From IMG/VR virus record IMGVR_UViG_3300013004_000031, positions 1 to 64,000 of that record: a DNA stretch of 64,000 nucleotides; one strand, 5' to 3'. Shown here piece by piece: positions 16,993-25,978 of this stretch. Made by a program: the position numbers and the translations under genes. Numbering within the stretch: the stretch's first letter is position 1; every line of letters begins with the position of its first letter. This stretch comes from an uncultured virus (IMG/VR IMGVR_UViG_3300013004_000031) (Duplodnaviria; Heunggongvirae; Uroviricota; Caudoviricetes). A model generated the notes under the pieces. That model was not told where the DNA came from. It made no database searches and was given only the letters and a program-made list of their open reading frames with translations.

Positions 16993-18309
16993 TCAAGACG
17001 ACAATTTTTGCAGCAAGTCCAATTCATCATCATCCATAATTTCTTCCTCGTCGTCCTCCGATTGGTAAATGGAGAGCGTGGAGTAATCAATTCTCATGGC
17101 TTGAACCATACCACGAGGACCAAATCTATTTTTCATCATTCCCAATCGAATCACTGCCATTTCTTGGTCTTCTTCGTTCTGGAAGATGGAAACGATACAG
17201 TCCGCAGTCATAACAATTGCCAAGGACTCCGCAATTCCCGACATATCGGGGTTATTTTGACCCACGGCAGACCTATTCAATTGGGCAGCACTGATAAATG
17301 GGCATTTGAACACGTAAGATAGGGCGCGGACTTGCTCACAAATCTTCTTACCCTGTTCATAACTATTACTACCCGCAGCAGTAAGCAAAGTAAGGTAATC
17401 TACCACCACAGCATCGATTCTGACACCAGAATCCTTCATTTTCTTGATGAAAGCTCCCAATTGCTTTGGTGTAATCGTGGATGGGGGGAATTCCTTAATA
17501 TAAATCCTACCATCGGTGTTCTTATGCTCCTCTTCCAGAGCATGACGGAGCGTGGGAATACAATTGCGGAACTCCTTCATGGGAATCTTTGTCACATTGG
17601 ACGCGATTCTCTTGGCATAGAGCGTTTCGCTCATCTCCAGAGTCACCACAAGCACATGCTTACCCTGTGATGCCATGTTTGCTGCCACATTACCAAGGAA
17701 GATACTCTTACCAATGTTGGATTGTCCCGCGAATACATACAGAGCCTTACCAGCTTCCGTGAAACCACCATCCAAAGCTTGATCCAACCATTGCCATTTG
17801 GAAGAGATCATAGTCTCATCACTCAAAATGTCCTCAATGATCTTCTCCGTATCCCCATAAAGCTCAATACCCGTATCAACATTGAGATTGATACCCGCAA
17901 TCTTTTCAAATTTCTCAACAATCTTGGAAGTATCCACTTCTCCTTCCGATATTTCTTCCGCTGACTCCAAAATGGAATGATACATCCCCCGTTCCTTGAG
18001 AAATCTTTCCGTATTCTCCCACAATTCATCTTCATTGTGATTGGAATCTATCTCTTTAAAGGACTCGATTAACTTCTTAAAGTTGGTCTTGAGTTCATCT
18101 GTAGTGAGGTAGGTCTTAACTTCTGAAAATGTGGGGAGAGATTGTCGCTTATCATAGAAATCCGCGACAATATCAAAATATTTCGCAATATTCTTATCCG
18201 TGAAATATTTTGGCTGGACGTAATCTGCGATGGAAGCTAGGTAAGCTCCATTCGTGATCGCGTTCTTTACCAGAACCTTTTCAAAATAATCAAAATCAAT
18301 TTCACTCAT
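16993..18309 (-). CDS. 41: Replicative helicase (T4 gp41/DnaB-like)
   Basis: GQSNIGKS, TLEMSE, IKEFP, VVDYL, SAAQLNR and MKNRFG. Confidence 0.95.
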   Translation of the reverse strand: MSEIDFDYFEKVLVKNAITNGAYLASIADYVQPKYFTDKNIAKYFDIVADFYDKRQSLPTFSEVKTYLTTDELKTNFKKLIESFKEIDSNHNEDELWENTERFLKERGMYHSILESAEEISEGEVDTSKIVEKFEKIAGINLNVDTGIELYGDTEKIIEDILSDETMISSKWQWLDQALDGGFTEAGKALYVFAGQSNIGKSIFLGNVAANMASQGKHVLVVTLEMSETLYAKRIASNVTKIPMKEFRNCIPTLRHALEEEHKNTDGRIYIKEFPPSTITPKQLGAFIKKMKDSGVRIDAVVVDYLTLLTAAGSNSYEQGKKICEQVRALSYVFKCPFISAAQLNRSAVGQNNPDMSGIAESLAIVMTADCIVSIFQNEEDQEMAVIRLGMMKNRFGPRGMVQAMRIDYSTLSIYQSEDDEEEIMDDDELDLLQKLSS

Positions 18310-18605
18310 TACCAATTTTCAAAATTATTATAAAAATCCCACCTTTGTTTAGCACGTTTTGGTAAACAATTAGAGCAATATGTAACATTGCGTTGTCCAT
18401 CTTTGATGTAAGGTTTCGGTAACTGTTCGTTTGATAGTGTTACTGAAAAATCTGCCCTCCCACCACATCGCACACAATCCCAATATAGTCTAGCTATTCC
18501 CATGATATCACCAATATCTGTGATATCAACATTTACCTTTTCCTTCATTTTGGTATTTGTATATAAATCTACTAACTGATCAATTTTTTCTTCTATTTCA
18601 CTCAT
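18309..18605 (-). CDS. Small CxxC/CxxC protein
   Basis: CVRC...CSNC; flanked by an 11-bp direct repeat. Confidence 0.6.
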   Translation of the reverse strand: MSEIEEKIDQLVDLYTNTKMKEKVNVDITDIGDIMGIARLYWDCVRCGGRADFSVTLSNEQLPKPYIKDGQRNVTYCSNCLPKRAKQRWDFYNNFENW

Positions 18606-18798
18606 ATTTTTTCATTTTTTTGGTTCTGTTAGGGTTTTCAACAGGCATTAGAAATCCACACTCATCACACTTCCTCACATAATCCCACCTATAATTAAGT
18701 TGAGGTAAGCGCACGGAATGGACTTCCCCAAAAGTTCCGTTACACCATTTAGTCGCGCCGTTACCTTCAACTGTTCGCATGTCTGGATGCCCGTTCAT
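18598..18798 (-). CDS. Hypothetical protein
   Basis: Packed ORF with CDEC. Confidence 0.55.
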   Translation of the reverse strand: MNGHPDMRTVEGNGATKWCNGTFGEVHSVRLPQLNYRWDYVRKCDECGFLMPVENPNRTKKMKKYE

Positions 18799-18806
18799 CT
18801 CTGTTT

Positions 18807-19283
18807 CTACCCATCATTATGTGTTAATACCACCCACTTATCCCCATCCTTGATGATACCACATTTTTCTGTCTGTCCTTTGAATTTACCATCCACCATC
18901 AACCAATTACATTTCACACCCGCCGAATAAGCAAGCGCAAATCTTTCATCCTCCGTCAAATCTTCCGCTTTTTGCTTGGTTGATACTGATTTAAGATTAT
19001 CGGAAATCCAATTATTATAAATATTCAACGTGTTTTGAAAGTCATTCTCATTATCCAACTGCCATTTTTTACAAAAATCTGGTGCGTCAGCGGAGAATTG
19101 AACTCCGATACCCGCCTTAATAGGGAACCTATTCCTTTCGGACTCCGTGATGTTCTCATCACTCGTTTCGCGCTCTACCATTGAGCTACTGACACTTTGT
19201 TCATCAAACATATTGTAAAAATGGTCATTGTCCTTGACATACATCATCTCATAGTGTTCATTAAATTTAATTTTATTTTCCAT
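18807..19283 (-). CDS. Hypothetical protein
   Basis: Packed ORF. Confidence 0.6.
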   Translation of the reverse strand: MENKIKFNEHYEMMYVKDNDHFYNMFDEQSVSSSMVERETSDENITESERNRFPIKAGIGVQFSADAPDFCKKWQLDNENDFQNTLNIYNNWISDNLKSVSTKQKAEDLTEDERFALAYSAGVKCNWLMVDGKFKGQTEKCGIIKDGDKWVVLTHNDG

Positions 19284-19452
19284 ATTTTTCTAATTCTTTT
19301 CTCTTACAAGCATGATGATAACTCTCAAATGTTTCATACGACACATCTGAATCAGGCGTGACCATAATGTGTGTAGCTAACCCCAATTCTAATGAATCGT
19401 ATGACATGAAACGCCCACAGATATCACATTTAATCGAATTTTTATTTTCCAT
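19273..19452 (-). CDS. 59-aa CxxC protein (not in the ORF track)
   Basis: MENKNSIKCDICGRF...HHACKRKELEKYGK. It fills the gap with coupled overlaps and is flanked by a 15-bp direct repeat. Confidence 0.65.
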   Translation of the reverse strand: MENKNSIKCDICGRFMSYDSLELGLATHIMVTPDSDVSYETFESYHHACKRKELEKYGK

Positions 19453-20122
19453 ATGTCTGAATATAATATGACTCCCCAGCTTTCCAATCCTCTGTAAATT
19501 CTCTCAGACCGGGAGACTCGTGAGTTATCATAACATCCCCCACCCCGATTTTCAAGCCCTTTTCTAAAATTGATGCGATCATGCAAAGGTCATAAAAATG
19601 GAACTTCGATGGACAATCCTCATCAAATCGCACTTTCTCAATCGCTTTCCGATTAAATGCCATGAAAACACCATCAATCATCACTACCCTTTGGGGATAG
19701 GAACCAAAGCTGGTCATGTATTTCTTATCAGCGTTCCCATGAGCTACTGCACCATGTAGATTACCACCTTCCCACCCACCACCCATGATGTGCCAGAGCG
19801 CGGGAGACTTGATTTCGGCTTGAGAACATCCTGCAACACCGACAATATCAAATTCCTGAAATAGTTTCTCCAGCTTTGGACGGGGATCGTGTTCCAGATG
19901 GACATCATCGTGGATGAACATGACGTATTCAAAGTTCTCTTTGATGGCTAGGTCTAGAAATTCGTTGTAAACCTTGGCAAGTCCTTGGCGATTGTTGAAT
20001 TTTGGGTGTATGAATTCATCCAGATTCAATTCCAATGCTGTTTGGGCTAAGGGAAAGTGCCAATTATTGCCTTTGGTTGCCGTGAAAATGGCGATATTGG
20101 ATGATACATTAGGATTTTCCAT
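19442..20122 (-). CDS. GT-A glycosyltransferase-like protein
   Basis: YN...FIHDDV...IVGVAG...IDGVFMA...FDE...FHFYD...HES.G. Confidence 0.85.
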   Translation of the reverse strand: MENPNVSSNIAIFTATKGNNWHFPLAQTALELNLDEFIHPKFNNRQGLAKVYNEFLDLAIKENFEYVMFIHDDVHLEHDPRPKLEKLFQEFDIVGVAGCSQAEIKSPALWHIMGGGWEGGNLHGAVAHGNADKKYMTSFGSYPQRVVMIDGVFMAFNRKAIEKVRFDEDCPSKFHFYDLCMIASILEKGLKIGVGDVMITHESPGLREFTEDWKAGESYYIQTYGK

Positions 20123-20127
20123 GAATT

Positions 20128-20155
20128 ACCTTAACATGTCTTATCGGGAAGTCAA
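20128..20155 (-). promoter_or_regulatory. Sigma70-like promoter
   Basis: TTGACT-16 nt (ending TGT)-TAAGGT, then 5 nt to the ATG. Confidence 0.6.
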
Positions 20156-20872
20156 CTTTGTTCTCCCACCTCTAAGCATGTTACTAGGTTCGTAATCCTT
20201 GGATGTCATGGCGGCAGTCAAAGGATTATCACTATTCTCATCCCCTGTCCAGACCGGATCAACCCAAACATATTGACCATCATCTCGCATCATCACATTA
20301 TCTCCATGCAAATCAGGATTTAAATCAGGCAAATCCCTACGGAGCAGATACCATCCTTCCAGCAGATTATAAACAGCTTTTGGTAAAGATTTGACTTTTG
20401 AAGATAGCTTCATGAATTGCGTTCTATCTTGTATTAATTTTGGATTTTCTTTCAAATGGAAATATAGCATCAAATTATTATCTATTAACCCCAACACATT
20501 AACAGGTGTTGGTTTAAGTCTTTCAATTCTCGCTAAATATTGCTTTGCTTCGTCCTTGTATCGTGTGAATTGCGGGACTACTCTTTGTGGTTTGCCGAAG
20601 AATTTGGGGAAGGATGGGTGAGGATTATCGTGAGCATATCTAGCGAATTTTAAGTAAGGATCATCCCAAGAGAAAACTTTTAGAACATACGGCCACTTGG
20701 GATGGGAATACACGATACCAAACGAACCGGAACCGATGACCTCCCCCCCTGATGCCTCAAATTCTGCAATAAGTTCATCATAGTCCTTATCTGAATTTTC
20801 AGGATTTAACATGAATTCGGTGACAGTATCAAACGCTTCTTTGATTAGGTAAAACTCTGAAAAGGAAATCAT
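20141..20872 (-). CDS. Protein-kinase-like protein with capsid-targeting-like N-terminus
   Basis: GSGSFGIVY, VLK, DLHGDNVM and VDP; begins MISFSEFYLIKE. Confidence 0.8.
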   Translation of the reverse strand: MISFSEFYLIKEAFDTVTEFMLNPENSDKDYDELIAEFEASGGEVIGSGSFGIVYSHPKWPYVLKVFSWDDPYLKFARYAHDNPHPSFPKFFGKPQRVVPQFTRYKDEAKQYLARIERLKPTPVNVLGLIDNNLMLYFHLKENPKLIQDRTQFMKLSSKVKSLPKAVYNLLEGWYLLRRDLPDLNPDLHGDNVMMRDDGQYVWVDPVWTGDENSDNPLTAAMTSKDYEPSNMLRGGRTKLTSR

Positions 20873-20899
20873 GATATTATTTAGTTAAATATCAATATG
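20870..20899. promoter_or_regulatory. Back-to-back T4-late-type promoters
   Basis: CAT-gatat-TATTTA-gt-TAAATA-tcaat-ATG: TAAATA-N5-ATG on both strands. Confidence 0.7.
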
Positions 20900-21322
20900 C
20901 TGGAAGATTTGCAACAATTATACGAGGAGATTTTAGAAGAAGGTCGTGTATCAAAACACCAATTTTCAGAAATGACGCTTAAAGAAGCGTATCAAATTTG
21001 TTATAATGTTTTCAAACAATTGGGAGAATCCACTGCTGCAACTTTTAATGTGATGAATTACATCTATCAAAATTTGCCAAATTCGATCAAAACACCAGAA
21101 GTTGAAGAAGAAAAAAGAAAAAATTTCGGAGCATATTTAAGACCGTTTGTGATTGATCTTGTCAACAATAATATAAAAAATATTGATATCGACGAATTAA
21201 AAATGAAAATGGTAGATAAACAAATGATACGAGATTATATTAATCGCCCTCCAACTGGTAGTAGAAGAAAGGGGATAGTCAATCAAATGAATAGACCCCA
21301 AAATAAACAATTACCTATTTAA
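20897..21322 (+). CDS. Hypothetical protein, candidate virion-internal protein
   Basis: Late motif; MLEDLQQLYEEILEE. Confidence 0.7.
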   Translation: MLEDLQQLYEEILEEGRVSKHQFSEMTLKEAYQICYNVFKQLGESTAATFNVMNYIYQNLPNSIKTPEVEEEKRKNFGAYLRPFVIDLVNNNIKNIDIDELKMKMVDKQMIRDYINRPPTGSRRKGIVNQMNRPQNKQLPI

Positions 21323-21334
21323 CTAAATATAATT

Positions 21335-22747
21335 ATGAGAAATTACGGATTTGATTACTTGGTGGAAAAGGTTCAAGTTTTGTCTGAGATGGCGAAAACT
21401 TCCTCAACAAGACCGGAAAAAAATAAAGAGGTTGCAAACTTTATCAATGTGATTCGACCAGAAATTGGAAAAAAACTGTTTGAAAAATGGAAAGTTCCTG
21501 CAAATGTTAAGTTGTTGAATGATTATGTAACGGAAGCATTATATGAGAAGATTTTTAAAACAACTTTTCAATATACAAGTGTTAATCAATACATTGCAAA
21601 GTTGTGGGAAAAATCTCCTGAATTACAGGATGATTATCTCGATTTCATTGGAACGGGATCAAATGATAGTAATAAACGATCCAAATGGATTATCTCATAC
21701 TTGGCAAATAAAAAACCCAATCTTGCAACTTCCGAAGAATTCTTCAACCAAGTAACCAGTCCTGAATATATTGAAAAATATAAACAAATACTTGAAGATA
21801 GATTAGAATTTAAAAACAGAGCAAAAGGATATGCTACCAGTATTCAAACGAAATATTCCATGTCTGCTAATGATTTTGCAACCATGAAGGGTGAGGTTTG
21901 GCCGATTATTACTAAAATCAATAGAAGAAGCAAAACTTTACTACCTCCCGGAACACTACAAACTCTTCGCAACAAAGAGAGAATCGTGATTGACACAAGC
22001 AATAAAGCAACTTCCGAAGATTTAAAACCTTTGGATGCGTTTATCGAAACTTTAATAGGCTTACGGGATGATCAAGAATTAGTTGAGTATTACAACGTAG
22101 ATGTTAAGGGATTGAGTGGGATCATTAAAACTTTGGAAGATAGATTATCAAATAATAAACCAGTCTCCAAGGAGAAACTTTATGATGCTTTTATCAATAA
22201 ATTTCCCGCAGAAATAAGCGAATATGTTGCGGATGAATATGAACGTGATCTGGAATCCCGTAAAACAAAAGGAGTATCTGAAGAAATGATAGATGACAAA
22301 CGGAAAGCTGTTGAAGATATTCTTGACATATATACTCCAGATTTTCTTAAAAGCGTTGCAACCAAGGGTATTATAACGGAACCGGAAATTGAAATAGTTC
22401 TCAAATGGAAAGAATTGATAAAATCTTCCGATGCTTTGGAAAAACAAGAAGTTTCCGCTGGTAGAAAAGCGGCAGGATTTAGTTCGGCAGAGATTGATAC
22501 ATCCGGTAATTTCTCTGATGTTGGAAAAGCTGCTGATAAAAGATTTTACGCTAAAGAAAAAGAAAGCCCAACTCAAAAACCAAAAAAACCTCGTAAACAA
22601 AAGCAAGAGGATGAAGAAAACGGTGTTATGGGTTATTTCTCCGAGCAAGTTAGAAAAGATAGTCTTCTAAACAATATTGGAGAGTTTAAAGAACGCGGAT
22701 TTAAGAAGCCAGTGAATTATCACCACTGGTTAAGCTTAAATGATTGA
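21335..22747 (+). CDS. Hypothetical 470-aa protein, candidate virion-internal protein
   Basis: Late motif TAAATA-taatt-ATG; long ORF. Confidence 0.75.
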   Translation: MRNYGFDYLVEKVQVLSEMAKTSSTRPEKNKEVANFINVIRPEIGKKLFEKWKVPANVKLLNDYVTEALYEKIFKTTFQYTSVNQYIAKLWEKSPELQDDYLDFIGTGSNDSNKRSKWIISYLANKKPNLATSEEFFNQVTSPEYIEKYKQILEDRLEFKNRAKGYATSIQTKYSMSANDFATMKGEVWPIITKINRRSKTLLPPGTLQTLRNKERIVIDTSNKATSEDLKPLDAFIETLIGLRDDQELVEYYNVDVKGLSGIIKTLEDRLSNNKPVSKEKLYDAFINKFPAEISEYVADEYERDLESRKTKGVSEEMIDDKRKAVEDILDIYTPDFLKSVATKGIITEPEIEIVLKWKELIKSSDALEKQEVSAGRKAAGFSSAEIDTSGNFSDVGKAADKRFYAKEKESPTQKPKKPRKQKQEDEENGVMGYFSEQVRKDSLLNNIGEFKERGFKKPVNYHHWLSLND

Positions 22748-23471
22748 TCAACCGATCTCTTCCAGCTTCATAAAACTTCACATCTTTTTCAATACCAATA
22801 TATTTTCTATTGGTATTTAAAGTTGCGATACCACATGAGTTGGAACCATAACAAAAATCTAATACCAATTCGCCTTCATTGGAATATGTGTTAATCAAGT
22901 ATTCCAACAATGCTACTGGTTTTTGAGTTGGATGTATCTTACCTTTATTCTTTTCCCAAAATCCCTCTAAAATGGTTTCAGGATTTTTATGGGTGTATTC
23001 CCGATATTCCCCATCATTTTTTCCAATAAAAAAAGTATTATCTTTTTTATAGAGTTTTCGTTTGATGGGTTTATCACGTTTTACCATAACGGGGTAATAA
23101 TTAAGATTGGGATTACCGAATACCAAAATATTCTCATGTCTCACCATGGGCTTATACTTGGCGGTTTGCATTCCCCGTGAAATATGCTTATCCCAAATCC
23201 ATTCACATTTATATTCTTCCAAATTTGAATGAATCAACTTAGAAGTGAATGGTTGTTGAGAAAACAACACGGTGGGAGTTTTATCTTTCCTAATTCTTTT
23301 CAACTCTTCCCACATTTGATTCAGATCAATGATTGAATCCCATGAAGTTGCATACTTCATTTTCTCATATGGTGGATCAGCTAGAATCAAATCAACGGAA
23401 TTGCTTGGAAGCTTTTTGAGGACTTCCAAGCAATCTCCATGAAACAGGTGAATACCTTTTTCAATCTGCAT
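22701..23471 (-). CDS. DNA methyltransferase (N6A/N4C, beta class)
   Basis: GDCLE, DPPY, HPTQKP and VLDF.YGS. Confidence 0.93.
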   Translation of the reverse strand: MQIEKGIHLFHGDCLEVLKKLPSNSVDLILADPPYEKMKYATSWDSIIDLNQMWEELKRIRKDKTPTVLFSQQPFTSKLIHSNLEEYKCEWIWDKHISRGMQTAKYKPMVRHENILVFGNPNLNYYPVMVKRDKPIKRKLYKKDNTFFIGKNDGEYREYTHKNPETILEGFWEKNKGKIHPTQKPVALLEYLINTYSNEGELVLDFCYGSNSCGIATLNTNRKYIGIEKDVKFYEAGRDRLINHLSLTSGDNSLAS

Positions 23472-24585
23472 CTAATTCATCATCCTCTTCCAATGCCACC
23501 AGATCATCATCTTCAGGAGAAGAACCATACGCCCAATGGATTTTGATGCGCTTCTCAAGTTCGGGTAGCAATTTGTGTTCCCAAAGATCAATATTCTTGG
23601 AGAATGATTTATAATAACCAAGCTTATTTCCTTCCCAATCGGTATATGATGAGCCAGAATTACTAACAACTCCCATACCCTTCATGATTTCCAGAAGACC
23701 AAAATACTTGTCAATACCCTTGCTAAAGGAGAGATAAAATTCTCCCTCCAGATATTGCTTGATGAAGCGATTCTTAACAGTTAGAGCGCGAATCACAACA
23801 CCAGAATAGTTCTTTTGGGAAGCAGATAACTTATCACTAACTTGCTTATTCTCCGAATCCTTGACAAGCTTTCGTGCAAGCTGAACTGTCACGGATGGAA
23901 GATACACCGCAGCCTTACCTCCCGGCATGTTCTTCTCTAGAGAAGGATACATAGCACTTGGATCATCATACACATGATTGGTGATGACGATAGGAGTCTT
24001 GGTGAGAGTTGACATGTTCGTGCAACGCTTGAGAAGACTCTTGATCGACTTAGCAAATGTTCCCATGTCTGCTGACATGGAATCCTTATCCATTCTCGAC
24101 AGTTCCATCTCAGAATTTAAGTTGGCAAGAGAATCAATCACGATAATGAATTTACCGAATTGCTTCTTCTCTCTTACATTAGTAAGGAACTTGTGAATGG
24201 CGTTTCTGGTTTGTTCAACCGATTCACAACCCACATACTTTACTTTTGAAATATCCAAACCGAATTTGGCAGCGGACTCAGGATCAATGGCACCTTCGGT
24301 ATCGAAGATGACGGGAATTAGCCCTTTCTTTTGGGCATTTGCCATGATGTTTAGAACAACGCCAGTTTTGAAGGCACCTGATGGTCCTGCAAATTGTGTA
24401 ATTCTTCCATTTGGAATACCACCATACAACGAACCGGAAATCAGGGCATTTAGCACCATACTTCCCGTGTCAATCCAATCATCAACCGATGATAGGGTGG
24501 ATTCACTTAGGAATGCCGAATACGGCACCACATCATCCAACGCTTTCAAAGAAGCGAATAATTCTTTATCAATATCTTTGCTCAT
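23461..24585 (-). CDS. uvsX: RecA-like recombinase UvsX
   Basis: DTGS..LN, GPSGAFKT, DTEGA, VIDSL, TNH and PGG. Confidence 0.93.
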   Translation of the reverse strand: MSKDIDKELFASLKALDDVVPYSAFLSESTLSSVDDWIDTGSMVLNALISGSLYGGIPNGRITQFAGPSGAFKTGVVLNIMANAQKKGLIPVIFDTEGAIDPESAAKFGLDISKVKYVGCESVEQTRNAIHKFLTNVREKKQFGKFIIVIDSLANLNSEMELSRMDKDSMSADMGTFAKSIKSLLKRCTNMSTLTKTPIVITNHVYDDPSAMYPSLEKNMPGGKAAVYLPSVTVQLARKLVKDSENKQVSDKLSASQKNYSGVVIRALTVKNRFIKQYLEGEFYLSFSKGIDKYFGLLEIMKGMGVVSNSGSSYTDWEGNKLGYYKSFSKNIDLWEHKLLPELEKRIKIHWAYGSSPEDDDLVALEEDDELDAD

Positions 24586-24630
24586 AATTTAACAGTATCT
24601 TGTTTCTTCTTTGGGTGTTCTGATCTTTGT

Positions 24631-24834
24631 TCAATCAATCCCACCTAATGGCTTGGATGTTACTCCCGTAAATTCGGTGTCCAACAATTCATGTCCCGAT
24701 CTATCAGGAGTAACCTTTTCAAACACCAGAGCCAAATGATCCCGAATGATCTGAACCTGTTGGGGACTCAGATTATTGCTATCGGAGATTTCAAAATAGC
24801 CTTGTAGCCAATATGTGAACGATTCGGGAGACAT
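24631..24834 (-). CDS. Hypothetical protein (possible premature TGA)
   Basis: F.YWLQGYFEI...QVQIIRDHL.LVF.KVTP; the frame continues 13 codons past the TGA. Confidence 0.65.
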   Translation of the reverse strand: MSPESFTYWLQGYFEISDSNNLSPQQVQIIRDHLALVFEKVTPDRSGHELLDTEFTGVTSKPLGGID

Positions 24835-25214
24835 TACAGAGAGTTAATGCTTACAACCTTGGGAGATGCACTTGAAATAACTTGCGGTTCCAGCGGAGGG
24901 GTGTTGATCTTTTCGTATTGGGCAAGAATCCTCTCATCCAGAACGACATCACTTGTAGTGATATTAGCCTTTTGATAAGTCCAATTGTTTTGTCCACGGA
25001 ATTCCTTGTTGATAAATTCGAAGAAGAATACAGGGAAGCTCTGAACTTGAATCTGTCCACTTTGTTCGGGCTGGACAAACACAATAACTGGATTGTGGAG
25101 TGTCAGGGTGGTATCGGTTTCTCTCACCAAATTGCCGATGATGTTGCGTCCAATTTGGTCGATGATTACTACGTGTTTTTCTTTATCCATAATTGTTTTG
25201 TATGTTGCTGTCAT
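24834..25214 (-). CDS. Hypothetical protein (possible Sm-like fold)
   Basis: Beta-rich pattern NIIG...LTLHNPV; TAAGTT-aatac-ATG. Confidence 0.65.
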   Translation of the reverse strand: MTATYKTIMDKEKHVVIIDQIGRNIIGNLVRETDTTLTLHNPVIVFVQPEQSGQIQVQSFPVFFFEFINKEFRGQNNWTYQKANITTSDVVLDERILAQYEKINTPPLEPQVISSASPKVVSINSL

Positions 25215-25230
25215 GTATTAACTTACCTCA

Positions 25231-25482
25231 TTATCTGGTTTTTTCAAGGTATTCTTTCTGTTCTTTCAATTTTTTCTTAAAAGACTTACCCATGTTATTA
25301 TTACGCTTGGCTAAATCATGATAATAATCACAACGATCTTTAATAATGTGTCTTACGATCTCCAACTTGGGATTGGGAAAAGGAACGTCATGATTGGGAT
25401 CGTTCAGAAGGTTGATCAGGTTGTCAATGATTCGGTTTTCTGCGTCCGTCAATCCTTTCAAATAAGCGTCTTGGGGTGTCAT
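25231..25482 (-). CDS. Hypothetical protein
   Basis: Coupled ORF. Confidence 0.6.
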   Translation of the reverse strand: MTPQDAYLKGLTDAENRIIDNLINLLNDPNHDVPFPNPKLEIVRHIIKDRCDYYHDLAKRNNNMGKSFKKKLKEQKEYLEKTR

Positions 25483-25670
25483 ATTCTTTGTAATGTTATG
25501 TTGTTATCTATTCTTATCTCAGAATTTGAAAATGTCCAGCATTCTTTGGTGTCATTTATAAAACAAACCCAATATAGATCATGTTCTTGGGAATAATCTA
25601 TAATCAAATGCGCGTAACCCTTTCCTTTCGGGGTAACTATCGGTATGGTGGGATTTAACTGTAATATCAC
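25479..25670 (-). CDS. Hypothetical protein
   Basis: QLNP.IP..TPKG.G.A..IDYS.EH.L.WV; coupled ORF. Confidence 0.65.
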   Translation of the reverse strand: MILQLNPTIPIVTPKGKGYAHLIIDYSQEHDLYWVCFINDTKECWTFSNSEIRIDNNITLQRI

Positions 25671-25975
25671 TGCAAATTAAGTTCAATATAAAGAGGGTGG
25701 ACAGACCAATCCCGATACACTTCAATGACTACCCCATATAATGTCAACCATATCTCATTCCCATCGACAATTTTAGAAAATCCTGATTTCGATAGATATT
25801 CAAAAAATTCAATACCAGCAATACATGATTGTAATACGGGCTTTCTACCAAATTCTGTTTGCCATTCCTCTAGAAATTCATCAATTCGTTTTACACAGTG
25901 AGCAGTCCTCTCAGATTGCCATCTTATATTTTTTTCAAGTTCTTCTCTATCTTCTATAATATCGTATTTTTTCAT
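25667..25975 (-). CDS. Hypothetical protein
   Basis: Coupled ORF. Confidence 0.55.
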   Translation of the reverse strand: MKKYDIIEDREELEKNIRWQSERTAHCVKRIDEFLEEWQTEFGRKPVLQSCIAGIEFFEYLSKSGFSKIVDGNEIWLTLYGVVIEVYRDWSVHPLYIELNLQ

Positions 25976-25978
25976 AAT

